From: an uncultured Chloroflexia bacterium
Lineage (GTDB): Bacteria > Chloroflexota > Anaerolineae > Anaerolineales > UBA4823
Direction of reading: 5' to 3'
NCBI GenBank assembly: GCA_963746255.1
Contig: CAVVAJ010000006.1
Location: 7,922 to 71,921 of the forward strand
DNA: 64,000 nucleotides
Both the position numbers and the translations under genes were made by a program. Positions 9,630 through 20,030 of the stretch are shown one piece after another; the first letter of the stretch is position 1, and each line of letters begins with the position of its first letter. Below the pieces are notes generated by a model. The model was not told the DNA's origin and did not search any database. It saw only the letters and a program-made list of their open reading frames with translations.

Positions 9630-11129
9630 CTAGCTTAATGATACGCCGCTTATTGACTTCGGAATGACTTCGTAAGCTTGAATATCATGCACCCTGCCCT
9701 TCACGGATATTGACCCTACTAGTTTTGTATCGAACGCATCCACTACTGCAGTAACCGTCGCAGGGCCGATTAGCAACTTATTCGGTCGAGCCATTTTTTC
9801 AAGACCAGCGGCAACGTTTACTGTATCGCCCAGCACAGCAAATTCGATCCGCTGCTTGGTGTCCACATAGCCTGCAACGACATCCCCAGTATTTACGCCA
9901 ATTCCAATTGTTATATCTTGCCCGATATCTTGGTTAATTACTTCGATTTGATTTAAAAGTTCCAACCCAGCTTTCACCGCGCGCACTTCGTGTTCGGATG
10001 TATCGCCCGTCATTCCAAAGACGGCTAACAATCCATCTCCGCTAAACTTATCAATCATTCCATTGTGTTCAAACACAATTTCTGATGCATCTAGATAGTA
10101 GCGATAAAGCAGTTCGCCAAACTTCGTGGGGCCTAATCGCTCAGCCAAACCGGTTGAATCAGCGATATCTGCAAATAACACTGTGATTTTATGTTCAGCT
10201 AATCCCGGCAGTGTGCTGTCGGCAACAAAACTCTCGAAAACCAATTCTGCTTCTGCCGGGGATACAAATCTTTCTAATAGCTGCCGGATCCTTTGTTCCT
10301 CTCTAACTCGTTCAAGTAATTTCATTCGCTGAATTGTCAATGCGGCTTGATGGCTTATCGCTACCGCGGGTTGTAGATCAACTTCGTCAAACGGTTTTGC
10401 TAGTGGGTCAGTTTTATACATATATATCAACCCAAAAAGCTGATCTCCAGAGATGACTGGCACGCATAGAGCGGATACGATGTTAAGCTTAATTACACTT
10501 TTACTGAATTGTTCTTCATCAGCGGGTACATCCGGGAGAATGACAGCTGCACGTCTATCAATAGCCATTTGGGCGATTGATTTAGGAAACCCCAGTTCTC
10601 CCATGCGATCAAAATCCTCTGCCAAAAGGACTTCGCATTTATCAGCCCCCAAAGCGACTTGCACCATTTTCGATACTTCCTGAAGTGCCGTATCGATATC
10701 CATAACCGTGTTCAACTTTGAAGCGACTTCATACATTAACACTGCGTGCTTGTTCAAAGATTCAATTACCAGCTCGCGCGTCAAGGGCTGGGTACCTTTC
10801 GAACGAACAAGGACGGGTTCGATATGCTCATCAGCAATTATTGCGACATCAAATATGTGATCACCAATCCGGATGATATCATTGGGCTGAAGCAGACACG
10901 GTTTCAAGATGCGCTCTTGATTTACGTACGTGCCATTAGTGCTGTCAAGATCGCGAATAACCAACTGGTCGGAAATTTCGTCATACTCAAGCGCCGCATG
11001 TGTCCGCGAGGCAGATAAATCGTAAATGACAATATCATTATCCTGCTTTCTGCCAATAGTGGCTTTTGCAGATTTAACAGGATATTCTTTTGGTTTTCCG
11101 TCCGTTGACCGCACTAATAGCACCCACAT
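9630..11129 (-). CDS. FHA domain - GAF domain - class III adenylate/guanylate cyclase
   Basis: N-terminal FHA (..ATIGRKQDNDIVIYDLSASRTHAALEY....DLDSTNGTYVN). The middle region is GAF-like. The C-terminus has ITVLFADIADSTGL...FSGDGLLAVFG...IGIGVNTGDVVAG. Confidence 0.85.
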   Translation of the reverse strand: MWVLLVRSTDGKPKEYPVKSAKATIGRKQDNDIVIYDLSASRTHAALEYDEISDQLVIRDLDSTNGTYVNQERILKPCLLQPNDIIRIGDHIFDVAIIADEHIEPVLVRSKGTQPLTRELVIESLNKHAVLMYEVASKLNTVMDIDTALQEVSKMVQVALGADKCEVLLAEDFDRMGELGFPKSIAQMAIDRRAAVILPDVPADEEQFSKSVIKLNIVSALCVPVISGDQLFGLIYMYKTDPLAKPFDEVDLQPAVAISHQAALTIQRMKLLERVREEQRIRQLLERFVSPAEAELVFESFVADSTLPGLAEHKITVLFADIADSTGLAERLGPTKFGELLYRYYLDASEIVFEHNGMIDKFSGDGLLAVFGMTGDTSEHEVRAVKAGLELLNQIEVINQDIGQDITIGIGVNTGDVVAGYVDTKQRIEFAVLGDTVNVAAGLEKMARPNKLLIGPATVTAVVDAFDTKLVGSISVKGRVHDIQAYEVIPKSISGVSLS

Positions 11130-11287
11130 ATGAAATCTCCTATCCGTTCCTTGCCACTCAGTCTATATCAAAATCGTACCAAGGTCAAACAAAACATTTT
11201 CACTTGCATCACGAAGATATACTTCTTATGCTGGTACAATAAATTTTCGAAATTCATGCCGAAAACCCCCAAATTTGAGGAGGCGAT

Positions 11288-12010
11288 ATGAGAGTAGATG
11301 GGAGGAATCCTGACCAACTGCGCCCGGTACTCCTTATACCAGATTTTATCACTTATCCAGAAGGTTCTGTACTTATAGAACTTGGCGACACGCGAGTTCT
11401 ATGCAATGCGTCAATTACCGATGGCGTACCCGCTTGGCTTGAGAAACGGGAACCGAAACAAGGTTGGCTAACGGCAGAATACGCATTACTTCCACGCTCA
11501 ACCACTATACGTACACCTCGTGAGACACAAGGGTTACGCGGCCGGACTCAAGAGATCAAACGATTGATAGGACGAAGTCTTCGTCCCGCAGTAGACTTTG
11601 TCAAACTTGGACACCGTACCTGCATCATAGATTGTGATGTCCTTCAAGCAGATGGTGGTACTCGAACGGCAGCGATTACTGGGGGTTATGTGGCTCTGGC
11701 ATTAGCAATTAGAAAACTCACTCGCACAGGCGAGTTGCCTGAGGGTGTCCTGCAGAATCAGATCGCAGCTGTTAGCGCTGGATTAGTCGCAGGTGAGCCG
11801 CTGCTCGATTTATGCTATGCCGAGGATTCAGTTGCTGACTGCGATATGAATGTTGTGCTTACTGCCTCAGGGCAATATATTGAAATTCAAACCAGCGCCG
11901 AAGGATCTCCTTTCTCACGCCAAGAATTAAACACCCTATTAGAATACGCATCTATAGGAGTTAGCTCGCTGCTCAACCTGCAAGATGAGATCATCCAGAT
12001 GCACAAATAA
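11288..12010 (+). CDS. rph: Ribonuclease PH
   Basis: MRVDGRNPDQLRPV..., ..TAEYALLPRST..R.., ..IDCDVLQADGGTRTAAITG... The length of 240 aa is right, and an RBS GAGGAGG lies upstream. Confidence 0.92.
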   Translation: MRVDGRNPDQLRPVLLIPDFITYPEGSVLIELGDTRVLCNASITDGVPAWLEKREPKQGWLTAEYALLPRSTTIRTPRETQGLRGRTQEIKRLIGRSLRPAVDFVKLGHRTCIIDCDVLQADGGTRTAAITGGYVALALAIRKLTRTGELPEGVLQNQIAAVSAGLVAGEPLLDLCYAEDSVADCDMNVVLTASGQYIEIQTSAEGSPFSRQELNTLLEYASIGVSSLLNLQDEIIQMHK

Positions 12011-12198
12011 TCCACCCATTCTTATGACAACCAATTAATTTTGCGTAAAAACCCTGTTCTACCAATAATCTTTATCTCCCCCAACCCTAAATTTAACTGA
12101 AATTATCCTCATACATGCCGATAACATGAATGGTTTGTAGCTCGGTTTAACCGTGCCGGATCCTTTTCACAAAATTTTGCAGGTATATGGAGTACTGA

Positions 12199-13497
12199 AT
12201 GGATGAAAAAGTAGTTGATAACATGACCATGAAACAACTCTTGGTAGAACCTACTTCTTTAGATGATTTGCTCATCCCCCAGAGCATAGTGATCGATATC
12301 TTATTACGACTGCTTTTTAATGAAGGGAATGTATCATTAAGCCGCTTTGTAGAAGTGATGAAACTTCCGAGCAGGATTATCGATGATCTGCTTCTATGGA
12401 TGCAGCAAGAGCACCTTGTCGAGGTATCAAAAGCCAATGGCCAGATTGGACGGATCGGTTATGTATACACCCAGACAGATGCTGGTAAACAGCGTGCTCG
12501 AGATGCATTTGAGCGAAGTTTATATGTAGGTCCGGTGCCTGTATCTATTCCGTTCTACAATCGGGGTGTCGAACTGCAAGCCCAGCGGGATAAGAGAGTT
12601 AACTCCCATAAAGTGCAGGCATCGCTTAGCTCCCTTGTTCTCCCAGATGATTTCCATCGCCGTATCGGACCGGCGATAAACTCAAGCACATCACTGTTCC
12701 TTTATGGTCCACCTGGAAATGGAAAAACAACGATCGCTGAGATTATTGGTCGACTTATTGGTGGGACTGATCCAGTTTGGATACCTTACTCAGTCACTGC
12801 GGGTGGTCATATCATCCAGATTCACGACCGGTTGATCCATAGACAATTACCGCTGGAAGGGAATCGTCACCCGGATTATGGCCGTATCGATCAACGCTGG
12901 GGATACTTTTCCCGACCTTCAGTGATGGTCGGCGGCGAATTAAAAATGCCTTCGCTTGATTTGTTGTACGATCCAGTCGCTAAAATCTACGAGGCATCTC
13001 TACAAATGAAAGCCAATTGTGGCATGTTCTTGTTGGATGATTTTGGCCGCCAGCAAGTACGCCCGATGGATCTACTCAATCGCTGGATTGTGCCCTTAGA
13101 AAGTGAAGTCGACTTTTTGAGATTGAGCAGCGGTCAAACTGTAGTTGTGCCATTTAAGATGCTTATCGTGTTCAGTACTAACCTGGATCCGCTTGAATTA
13201 GTTGACGATGCTTTCTTACGTCGCATCCATGTCAAGGTGCACGTCGAGCCACCAACTGAGCAAATCTTTTACCAGATATTTATGCGGGCCTGCAATGAAT
13301 ATAAGCTATCTTTCGACAAAGCCTCGTTTGTATATCTGCTCCAAAATTGGTACCATAAAACTGAGCGCCCGCTGCAAGCCGTCCATCCACGCGACCTGAT
13401 CCAGACAATTATCGCGTTGTGTGAGTACGAAGAGACCCCACCTAAACTAACACCTGAACTTATTGATGCGGCATGTAAAAGTTATTTCGTTGATTGA
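12199..13497 (+). CDS. AAA+ family ATPase with N-terminal helical/wHTH-like region
   Basis: Walker A LYGPPGNGKTT, Walker B FLLDDFGRQ, sensor-1 VFSTN, and an arginine pair FLRRI. The function is unknown. Confidence 0.7.
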   Translation: MDEKVVDNMTMKQLLVEPTSLDDLLIPQSIVIDILLRLLFNEGNVSLSRFVEVMKLPSRIIDDLLLWMQQEHLVEVSKANGQIGRIGYVYTQTDAGKQRARDAFERSLYVGPVPVSIPFYNRGVELQAQRDKRVNSHKVQASLSSLVLPDDFHRRIGPAINSSTSLFLYGPPGNGKTTIAEIIGRLIGGTDPVWIPYSVTAGGHIIQIHDRLIHRQLPLEGNRHPDYGRIDQRWGYFSRPSVMVGGELKMPSLDLLYDPVAKIYEASLQMKANCGMFLLDDFGRQQVRPMDLLNRWIVPLESEVDFLRLSSGQTVVVPFKMLIVFSTNLDPLELVDDAFLRRIHVKVHVEPPTEQIFYQIFMRACNEYKLSFDKASFVYLLQNWYHKTERPLQAVHPRDLIQTIIALCEYEETPPKLTPELIDAACKSYFVD

Positions 13498-13646
13498 TTG
13501 AGGGGATATCTTTGTATCAGATTATTCCCCAATTAAGAATATACATTTAACCCACGAAATTATGCTAAACTGAGAAGTGACGTTCAATTCACTGCTCAGT
13601 TTTTATTATTTTGCCAAGTAGTAATTAGCTGACTTCGGATAGTAAC

Positions 13647-14087
13647 ATGGCCCAGACTATATCCACCCCGCCTGAGAAGAAAATCGCTTTGATTGCGCAT
13701 GATGCGCGAAAAGCTGACCTTTTAGAATGGGTTTGCTTCAACCAAAAGGTCTTAGCTCAGCACACGCTTCATGCCACCGGGACAACAGGTACTTTGATCA
13801 TGGAAGAGACTGACTTAATAATTAACCTGGCAAAGAGCGGCCCCATGGGGGGTGACCAGCAAATTGGTGCTAAGATTGCTGATGGGGATATCGATTTCTT
13901 AATATTTTTCTGGGACCCTCTCGAACCCCAACCACATGATCCTGACATAAAAGCACTGCTGCGACTGGCAGTCCTCTATAATCTACCTACAGCTAGCAAT
14001 CGCGCCACCGCCGATTTTTTGATCTCCTCGCCATTTATGGGACAGGTTTATGAACGCATTATCCCGGATTATCTAGGGCGATTATAA
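13647..14087 (+). CDS. mgsA: Methylglyoxal synthase
   Basis: IALIAHDARK..L.ATGTTG...GP.GGDQQIGA...DFLIFFWDPL..QPHDPD..ALLR. 146 aa. Confidence 0.9.
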   Translation: MAQTISTPPEKKIALIAHDARKADLLEWVCFNQKVLAQHTLHATGTTGTLIMEETDLIINLAKSGPMGGDQQIGAKIADGDIDFLIFFWDPLEPQPHDPDIKALLRLAVLYNLPTASNRATADFLISSPFMGQVYERIIPDYLGRL

Positions 14088-14133
14088 AGAGTTATCTGAC
14101 TATGTCGATTAATTACAAAAAAAGGTTGATTAT

Positions 14134-15105
14134 ATGTACTACACTAATCTAGGCAGAACAGGTCTGAAGGTCAGCCGCTTATGTTTGGGAACAATGAATT
14201 TCGGCCCCTTCACCGAAGAAGCCGACAGCCAACTGATCATGGACGCGGCCCTAGACCGGGGTATCAATTTCTTTGATACTGCCAATGTCTATGGCTGGAA
14301 AACTGGTTTCGGTGTTACTGAGTCGATCATTGGACGCTGGTTTGCACAAGGAGATGGTCGACGGGAAAAAGTGATCATTGCATCGAAAGTATATGGCCGG
14401 ATGGGAGATTGGCCAAATGAACGCTGCCTCAGCGCATATCACATCCGCAAGGCTTGTGAGGATAGTTTACGGCGTCTGCAGACTGATCATATCGACCTGT
14501 ACCAAATGCATCACATCGACCGGGATACTTCCTGGGAAGAGATCTGGCAAGCGATGGAAACCCTTGTGCAGCAAGGAAAAGTTCTATACGTTGGCAGCAG
14601 CAATTTTGCAGGATTTCATATCGCCCAAGCGCAATGTTCAGCAGGTCACCGCAATTTTCTTGGTCTGGTATCTGAGCAAAGTTTATACAACTTAAGTGCT
14701 CGCACGGTTGAATTGGAAGTCATCCCAGCATGCCAAGAATTTGGACTCGGTTTGATCCCATGGAGCCCGTTAGCAGGCGGGCTGCTGGCAGGTGCCAAGA
14801 AGAAATCAGAAGGTGGTCGACGGGCAGGCGAGCGAATATCTGATGCGATAGAAAAATATCAACACCAGCTCGAAGATTATGAAAACTTATGCGCGATTCT
14901 GGGATATGCACCAGCTCAAATTGCGCTTGCCTGGCTGCTCCATAATCCAGCAGTCACTGCCCCAATAATCGGGCCGCGCAATTTGGATCAACTAAGCGGG
15001 GCTATGCAATCATTAGATATAGAACTTGACGCAGAAACGTTGAAAAAGCTTGATCAAATCTGGCCTGGCCCAGGTGGGCAAGCCCCTGAAGCGTATGCTT
15101 GGTAA
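14134..15105 (+). CDS. Aldo/keto reductase
   Basis: LGRTGLKVSRLCLGTMNFG, NFFDTANVYG, LYQMHHID and VGSSNF motifs. Confidence 0.85.
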   Translation: MYYTNLGRTGLKVSRLCLGTMNFGPFTEEADSQLIMDAALDRGINFFDTANVYGWKTGFGVTESIIGRWFAQGDGRREKVIIASKVYGRMGDWPNERCLSAYHIRKACEDSLRRLQTDHIDLYQMHHIDRDTSWEEIWQAMETLVQQGKVLYVGSSNFAGFHIAQAQCSAGHRNFLGLVSEQSLYNLSARTVELEVIPACQEFGLGLIPWSPLAGGLLAGAKKKSEGGRRAGERISDAIEKYQHQLEDYENLCAILGYAPAQIALAWLLHNPAVTAPIIGPRNLDQLSGAMQSLDIELDAETLKKLDQIWPGPGGQAPEAYAW

Positions 15106-15138
15106 GTTAAAGAATTCAATTGTTTATGAGGTAGAAAT

Positions 15139-16113
15139 ATGAGCACACACGAACTGCTGTACCTATCCAAGCGAAATGTTGAAACGATCGATCTGCCTAT
15201 GTTGGAAATTATTGAAGCATTAGAAGTGATGTTCAAGGAGAAGGGACAAGGGCAAGTAGAGATGCCGCCAAAACCTGGCATTCACACACGTCCGGATGCA
15301 TTTATCCATGCAATGCCTGCTTACATTCCGAAGCTGGAATCGGCTGGAATCAAATGGGTCTCTGGCTACCCGGATAACCAATCAAAAGGGCTGCCGTACA
15401 TCAGCGGGCTGCTGATCTTAAACGATCCGGATACTGGTCTCCCGTTGGCGGTTATGGATGCCAGCTGGATTACGGCAATGCGTACGGGAGCGGCAACCGC
15501 GGTCGCAGCCAAGTACCTAGCTCGACCGGAGAGCAACTCCATTGGTATGATCGCATGTGGAGTTCAAGGCCGCAGCAACCTAGAAGCACTTGCGTGTATT
15601 TTCAAGATAGATACAGTCAAGGCATTCGATATTTACCCGGAGGTTGCAGAGAAATATGCGGCAGAAATGCAAGCAAAGCTTGGAACACCCATCGAGGTGG
15701 TTTCGTCAGCCGAAGCTGCGGTACGCGATATGGATATAGTCGTCACCAGCGGACCGATACTCAAATCTCCCAACCCGGTTATCCCAGCCGGTTGGCTCAA
15801 GCCAGGAGGGTTTGCCAGCCCGGTTGATTTTGATTCTTACTGGCAAGGCTCTGCGCTTGCACAGGCCGATAAACTTGCCACCGATGACCGCCCGCAGATG
15901 GAGTACTATCGCCAGGAAGGCTATTTCAAATCAACCCCACTGCCGTACGCCGACCTGGGGGAGATCATCGCGGGGAAAATGCCCGGGCGGGAGAGCGATG
16001 AAGAGCGCACTATCAGCATCAATCTCGGTTTGGCACTTGATGACATGGCGACTGCCATATTGATCTACAAACGTGCACTGGCTATGGGCGTCGGTCTAAA
16101 ACTACCGTTATGA
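15139..16113 (+). CDS. Ornithine cyclodeaminase / mu-crystallin family protein
   Basis: 324 aa. ..ITAMRTGAATAVAAKYLA.. plus a Rossmann motif IGMIACGVQGR are typical of the OCD family. Confidence 0.8.
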   Translation: MSTHELLYLSKRNVETIDLPMLEIIEALEVMFKEKGQGQVEMPPKPGIHTRPDAFIHAMPAYIPKLESAGIKWVSGYPDNQSKGLPYISGLLILNDPDTGLPLAVMDASWITAMRTGAATAVAAKYLARPESNSIGMIACGVQGRSNLEALACIFKIDTVKAFDIYPEVAEKYAAEMQAKLGTPIEVVSSAEAAVRDMDIVVTSGPILKSPNPVIPAGWLKPGGFASPVDFDSYWQGSALAQADKLATDDRPQMEYYRQEGYFKSTPLPYADLGEIIAGKMPGRESDEERTISINLGLALDDMATAILIYKRALAMGVGLKLPL

Positions 16114-16127
16114 AGTAAGACATTTTC

Positions 16128-17588
16128 TTGATATTCTTCATGATAGAAGCCTTCTGCCGCAAAGCAATTTCGGGGTTGACCAGGTTGTTTGCTGTTACAT
16201 CCTTTTGTATCAGTGTATGCCTGATCCCAGGTGACACACTCGCAGCCGAAGATATTTCCATTAATTTGGTTTCAATCAGTAGCGACGGTGGTAATAACGC
16301 TAATGGCGGTTCCCATGCTCCGGCTGTCTCTGCGAATGGGCGCTTTGTCGTTTTCCTGTCTGAAGCCTCCAATCTCGTTTCAGATGATGATAATGGGCTC
16401 TTGGATGTATTTGTTCATGATATATGGTTCCGCACTACCACTCTCGTTTCCCAAAACTATGAAAGTGGACCAACCAATGGTGAACCATCACGCCCATCCA
16501 TATCAGCTAACGGGGATTACATCGTGTATTCTTCTGATGCTTCAAATATTGTCCCTAACGACGATAATGAGGCTTCGGATGTCTTCCTCTATAATCGTCA
16601 AATTGGAGAAACAGAATTGATTTCAGTGAATTCTCATGGAGAGCCGGGAAATAAGAACTCTTTTACCCGGCGGCCTTCCGTATCAGAGAATGGCCGCTTT
16701 GTTGTCTTTTTCTCTAATTCTACGAATTTGGCACCTGGATATAATATCGAAGATGACCCAGAGACTAATCATGTCTATTTGCGTGATCGCTTGTCAGGTA
16801 CAACAACATTGATCTCAAAAAACGCTGACGACGAAATTGGGGATGGCAATTCTGAATATCCGACGATTTCCGCTGATGGTAGTACGATCGCATTTCATTC
16901 TTTTGCCCAAAATTTGATTGTCGATGATCTAAAAGATAATAATGAAACTTCTGATGTGTTCCTTTACAATGTCGCCGCTGAAACACTTACCCGGATCTCA
17001 AACACACCAGACGGATGGGCAGGTAACGACGCTTCTGATTTGGTTGCTCTGTCAGCTGACGGTAGGAGAGTCGCCTTCATCTCCCTTGCAGATGACTTAT
17101 TGATGCAACCGGAAGATGACAACAATGATACATCCGATGTATTCACTTATTCAGTTGCGGACCAAATCATCCGGCGCGTCTCGGTTAGTTCGTTAGGAGA
17201 AGAAGGCAATGCGGTATCAGACAATCCTTCGCTTTCTGAGTCTGGCCGTTATGTGGCCTTTTACTCATTCGCCGATAACCTAATTGCAAATGATGAAAAC
17301 GAATGCACAGATGATACAAATAAGAAACGCTCGTGCACCGATGTGTTCCGCCATGACACAGAGACAGGCGAAACGATTCGCGTATCTGTAAGTGCTTTAG
17401 GCGAGGAGGGGAATAATGATTCTTCGTGCTCAGGCATTACCTCAGACGGGCAAGCCATCGTTTTCTACTCCTTTGCCACCAATCTTGTAATTGATGATGA
17501 AAACAATATATCCGATGTTTTTGTATACAGTCTGAAACCATTAGTTAGGCGTTATTATTTCCCCCTGATGTATCAAAATGACCGCTAA
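16128..17588 (+). CDS. Secreted beta-propeller-type repeat protein (TolB/PD40-like repeats)
   Basis: A signal-like N-terminus is followed by about 7 copies of a ~55-aa unit: S.PS(I/V)SA(D/N)GR.V(A/V)F.S.A.NL(V/I).DD.N...DVF(V/L)(Y/H). Confidence 0.65.
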   Translation: MIFFMIEAFCRKAISGLTRLFAVTSFCISVCLIPGDTLAAEDISINLVSISSDGGNNANGGSHAPAVSANGRFVVFLSEASNLVSDDDNGLLDVFVHDIWFRTTTLVSQNYESGPTNGEPSRPSISANGDYIVYSSDASNIVPNDDNEASDVFLYNRQIGETELISVNSHGEPGNKNSFTRRPSVSENGRFVVFFSNSTNLAPGYNIEDDPETNHVYLRDRLSGTTTLISKNADDEIGDGNSEYPTISADGSTIAFHSFAQNLIVDDLKDNNETSDVFLYNVAAETLTRISNTPDGWAGNDASDLVALSADGRRVAFISLADDLLMQPEDDNNDTSDVFTYSVADQIIRRVSVSSLGEEGNAVSDNPSLSESGRYVAFYSFADNLIANDENECTDDTNKKRSCTDVFRHDTETGETIRVSVSALGEEGNNDSSCSGITSDGQAIVFYSFATNLVIDDENNISDVFVYSLKPLVRRYYFPLMYQNDR

Positions 17589-17715
17589 CTCTGGCAGCTA
17601 CAACTGCTCTATAAATATTCCCAAACAAGCGCAAAATGAATATTAACAACACAAATCTTCATGCAGAGAAATTATTGGATGATGTGTTCATATTATATGA
17701 ATTCTGCCGATAATA

Positions 17716-18555
17716 ATGATATCAAATTTTCATTTAAGGCCAGAGGCAGCTATGAACACTTGTATACCCAAACTAAAATCCGACCTCTTTCTAGTTTCTC
17801 CCGTCCATGATACCGAATTAATCATTCCATCCGGGACAATTTTACCTGCGAATTGGCATGCGGATATCCAAATTACCAACAACCTACCTAGTTGGGAATT
17901 GAAAATAGTCTTTTCTGATAGCATTCCCGGTATTCCAGGTAGAGCATCATGTGCTTGGAAAGTTGCGAATGCAAATACTTTCCCTGGCCAAGATGGAATC
18001 ATACACATCGAACTAGCCGTCGACTATGATGGCTGGATTTCCCTGCTTGTATTTTGTGCTGATCGGCAGCTATTTTCCGCGTTATCCAATGGGAAGATGC
18101 CCCAGGCCCCCATCGAAGTTTCAGAAGAGATATCTTCGCTATCTTCTCGCAGTGACGTCCGGGATTTTGATCCAATACTAACTCAACCGTCAAAAACAAG
18201 CGGCGGTTTCAAAGGATCGTCGGGGAAATCCACCATCAGTGATCTGGAACCTTATCCCGGCAATTTTGAGGTACCACAACAAAATCCTATGAAAAAGAAG
18301 CAATCCACCTTTGCAGCTCGGATACGCGTGGAATTAGCTAAAAATGATACCTTTACAACAGATGATCCCCCGCCAATCCTTAATCGTATCCTATCCAAGT
18401 CTTCGACAAGCGGTATTCAGCATACATCGAGTTCCTTACCGCTTGCAGACAGCGGACCTTTATCGACGCAGGCTCAAACTCGCTGCGTTGAATGTGACGC
18501 GGTTATGCCCCCTGATGCAGAAGCCTGTCCTTGGTGCAGTGTCTCGGTTCGGTAA
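17716..18555 (+). CDS. Hypothetical protein with C-terminal zinc-ribbon (CxxC..CxxC)
   Basis: The C-terminus is CVECDAVMPPDAEACPWC. The N-terminal ~120 aa loosely resemble an Hsp70 substrate-binding beta-sandwich (..IIHIELAVDYDGWISLLV..). The alternative start is ATG 17752. Confidence 0.45.
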   Translation: MISNFHLRPEAAMNTCIPKLKSDLFLVSPVHDTELIIPSGTILPANWHADIQITNNLPSWELKIVFSDSIPGIPGRASCAWKVANANTFPGQDGIIHIELAVDYDGWISLLVFCADRQLFSALSNGKMPQAPIEVSEEISSLSSRSDVRDFDPILTQPSKTSGGFKGSSGKSTISDLEPYPGNFEVPQQNPMKKKQSTFAARIRVELAKNDTFTTDDPPPILNRILSKSSTSGIQHTSSSLPLADSGPLSTQAQTRCVECDAVMPPDAEACPWCSVSVR

Positions 18556-18617
18556 CTCGTACCTGCTAGAATAATTGCCTGGGGTGTAATATTTGAGTAC
18601 TTGGATAAGGGATAAAG

Positions 18618-18667
18618 GTTTGTGTTATATGGCTATGCGCATAATAGTTATTCTCTGCGCTAGCCAT
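18618..18667 (+). repeat. Short dispersed intergenic repeat, copy 2, here forming a hairpin
   Basis: GTTTGTGTTATATGGCTATGCGCATAATAGTTATTCTCT. The core at 18630-18642 pairs with TGCGCTAGCCAT (18656-18667), giving a 12-bp stem with one bulge. Confidence 0.6.
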
Positions 18668-18805
18668 TTTGTTTAACTCTCCTGGTTCAAACACTGGGTA
18701 AATATATTCCTCTACATTACCCGGGGCATATTCGCAAATTTAGAATTTCAATCCCCACTTCTCAGATTAAAATATATCAACAGGCATATTTCTAGGAGCA
18801 ATCAA

Positions 18806-19723
18806 ATGGTGATTTCCGAGACCATCAGTGATCTTATTGGTCAAACACCAATGCTTAGGCTTTCACGCTTTGCACCCGATCAGGATGTTATTGCTAAGTG
18901 CGAGTTTATGAACCCCATAAGCTTAAAAGACCGTCCTGTGTTGAACATCATCAATGATGCGGAAGCTGCTGGCAAATTGCAGCCTGGTGCGACGCTGATT
19001 GAAGCTACCAGCGGTAATACAGGTATGGCCGTGGCCTATTTAGCTGCGGTCAAGGGATACCATGCCATTCTCGTCATGTCAGAGATCCAAAGCCGCGAAA
19101 GACGCCAGATTTTACGTGCATTTGGAGCAGAGCTGATCCTGACCCCCGCTTCAGAAGGAACAGCTGGGGCTCGTCGTGTTCTCCAGGAAATCCTCGCAGA
19201 ACATCCGGAGTATTACTATATCGGTCAGCACAGCAATCCTTCTAATCCGGCAGCACATTACAAAACCACTGGACCTGAGATATGGCAAGCGACAGGTGGA
19301 CTAGTAGCCGTTCTGGTCGCGGCATTAGGGACAGGTGGGACAATCTGCGGGGCGGGACGCTTTTTGAAAGAGAGAAATTCCGAAATAAACCTCATTGCCA
19401 TAGAACCGGCAGAATCGCCATATATATCGCAAGGCATTTTTCACCCCCACCGTATGATGGGGACTGCCCCCGGTTTCACACCCGATACTTTAGACATCGA
19501 GTTGATCGATGAGATATTTTTGGTTAGCGAAGAACAGGCTTTTACCGCATGCCGAGAGCTGGCTACCAAAGAAGGCATCTTAGTCGGGATAACATCCGGA
19601 GCCGTAGCTCATGCCAGCAGGCAGATCGCAGCAAGAGCTGAATACACTGGTGAAACACTGGTTTGTGTGCTACCTGATTCAGGTCAACGCTATTTAAGCG
19701 TAGAGGGCTTGTTCCCAGATTAA
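18806..19723 (+). CDS. cysK: Cysteine synthase (O-acetylserine sulfhydrylase) family, PLP-dependent
   Basis: ..MNPISLKDRP (PLP lysine), ..EATSGNTG.., ..GTGGT... 305 aa. Confidence 0.85.
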   Translation: MVISETISDLIGQTPMLRLSRFAPDQDVIAKCEFMNPISLKDRPVLNIINDAEAAGKLQPGATLIEATSGNTGMAVAYLAAVKGYHAILVMSEIQSRERRQILRAFGAELILTPASEGTAGARRVLQEILAEHPEYYYIGQHSNPSNPAAHYKTTGPEIWQATGGLVAVLVAALGTGGTICGAGRFLKERNSEINLIAIEPAESPYISQGIFHPHRMMGTAPGFTPDTLDIELIDEIFLVSEEQAFTACRELATKEGILVGITSGAVAHASRQIAARAEYTGETLVCVLPDSGQRYLSVEGLFPD

Positions 19724-20030
19724 GTTGTTCCCCAAACGACGGGAATATAGATGGATGTGTAAATTTTATTTGTTGTAGGTCGGGTTTCTTATGACACAAT
19801 GATCAACCTTGATAAATTCCCCCATTCTCATCCGCAAACTGTCTTTGCCCAGCATTTGCACCAAACAGTTGGCTCTACTGGAGCCTGAAAAGCATTGAAC
19901 CTAACCCAGCTGGTTTTTGACGTAACCCAATTTTGTTAACTTAGTGTTGACCCCGTCGGATAAGCCCTCATAGGACGCTTCTCTGGAATGGGGCTAACTT
20001 TTATAGTAAACTGTCTTAGGAGGATTTGCT

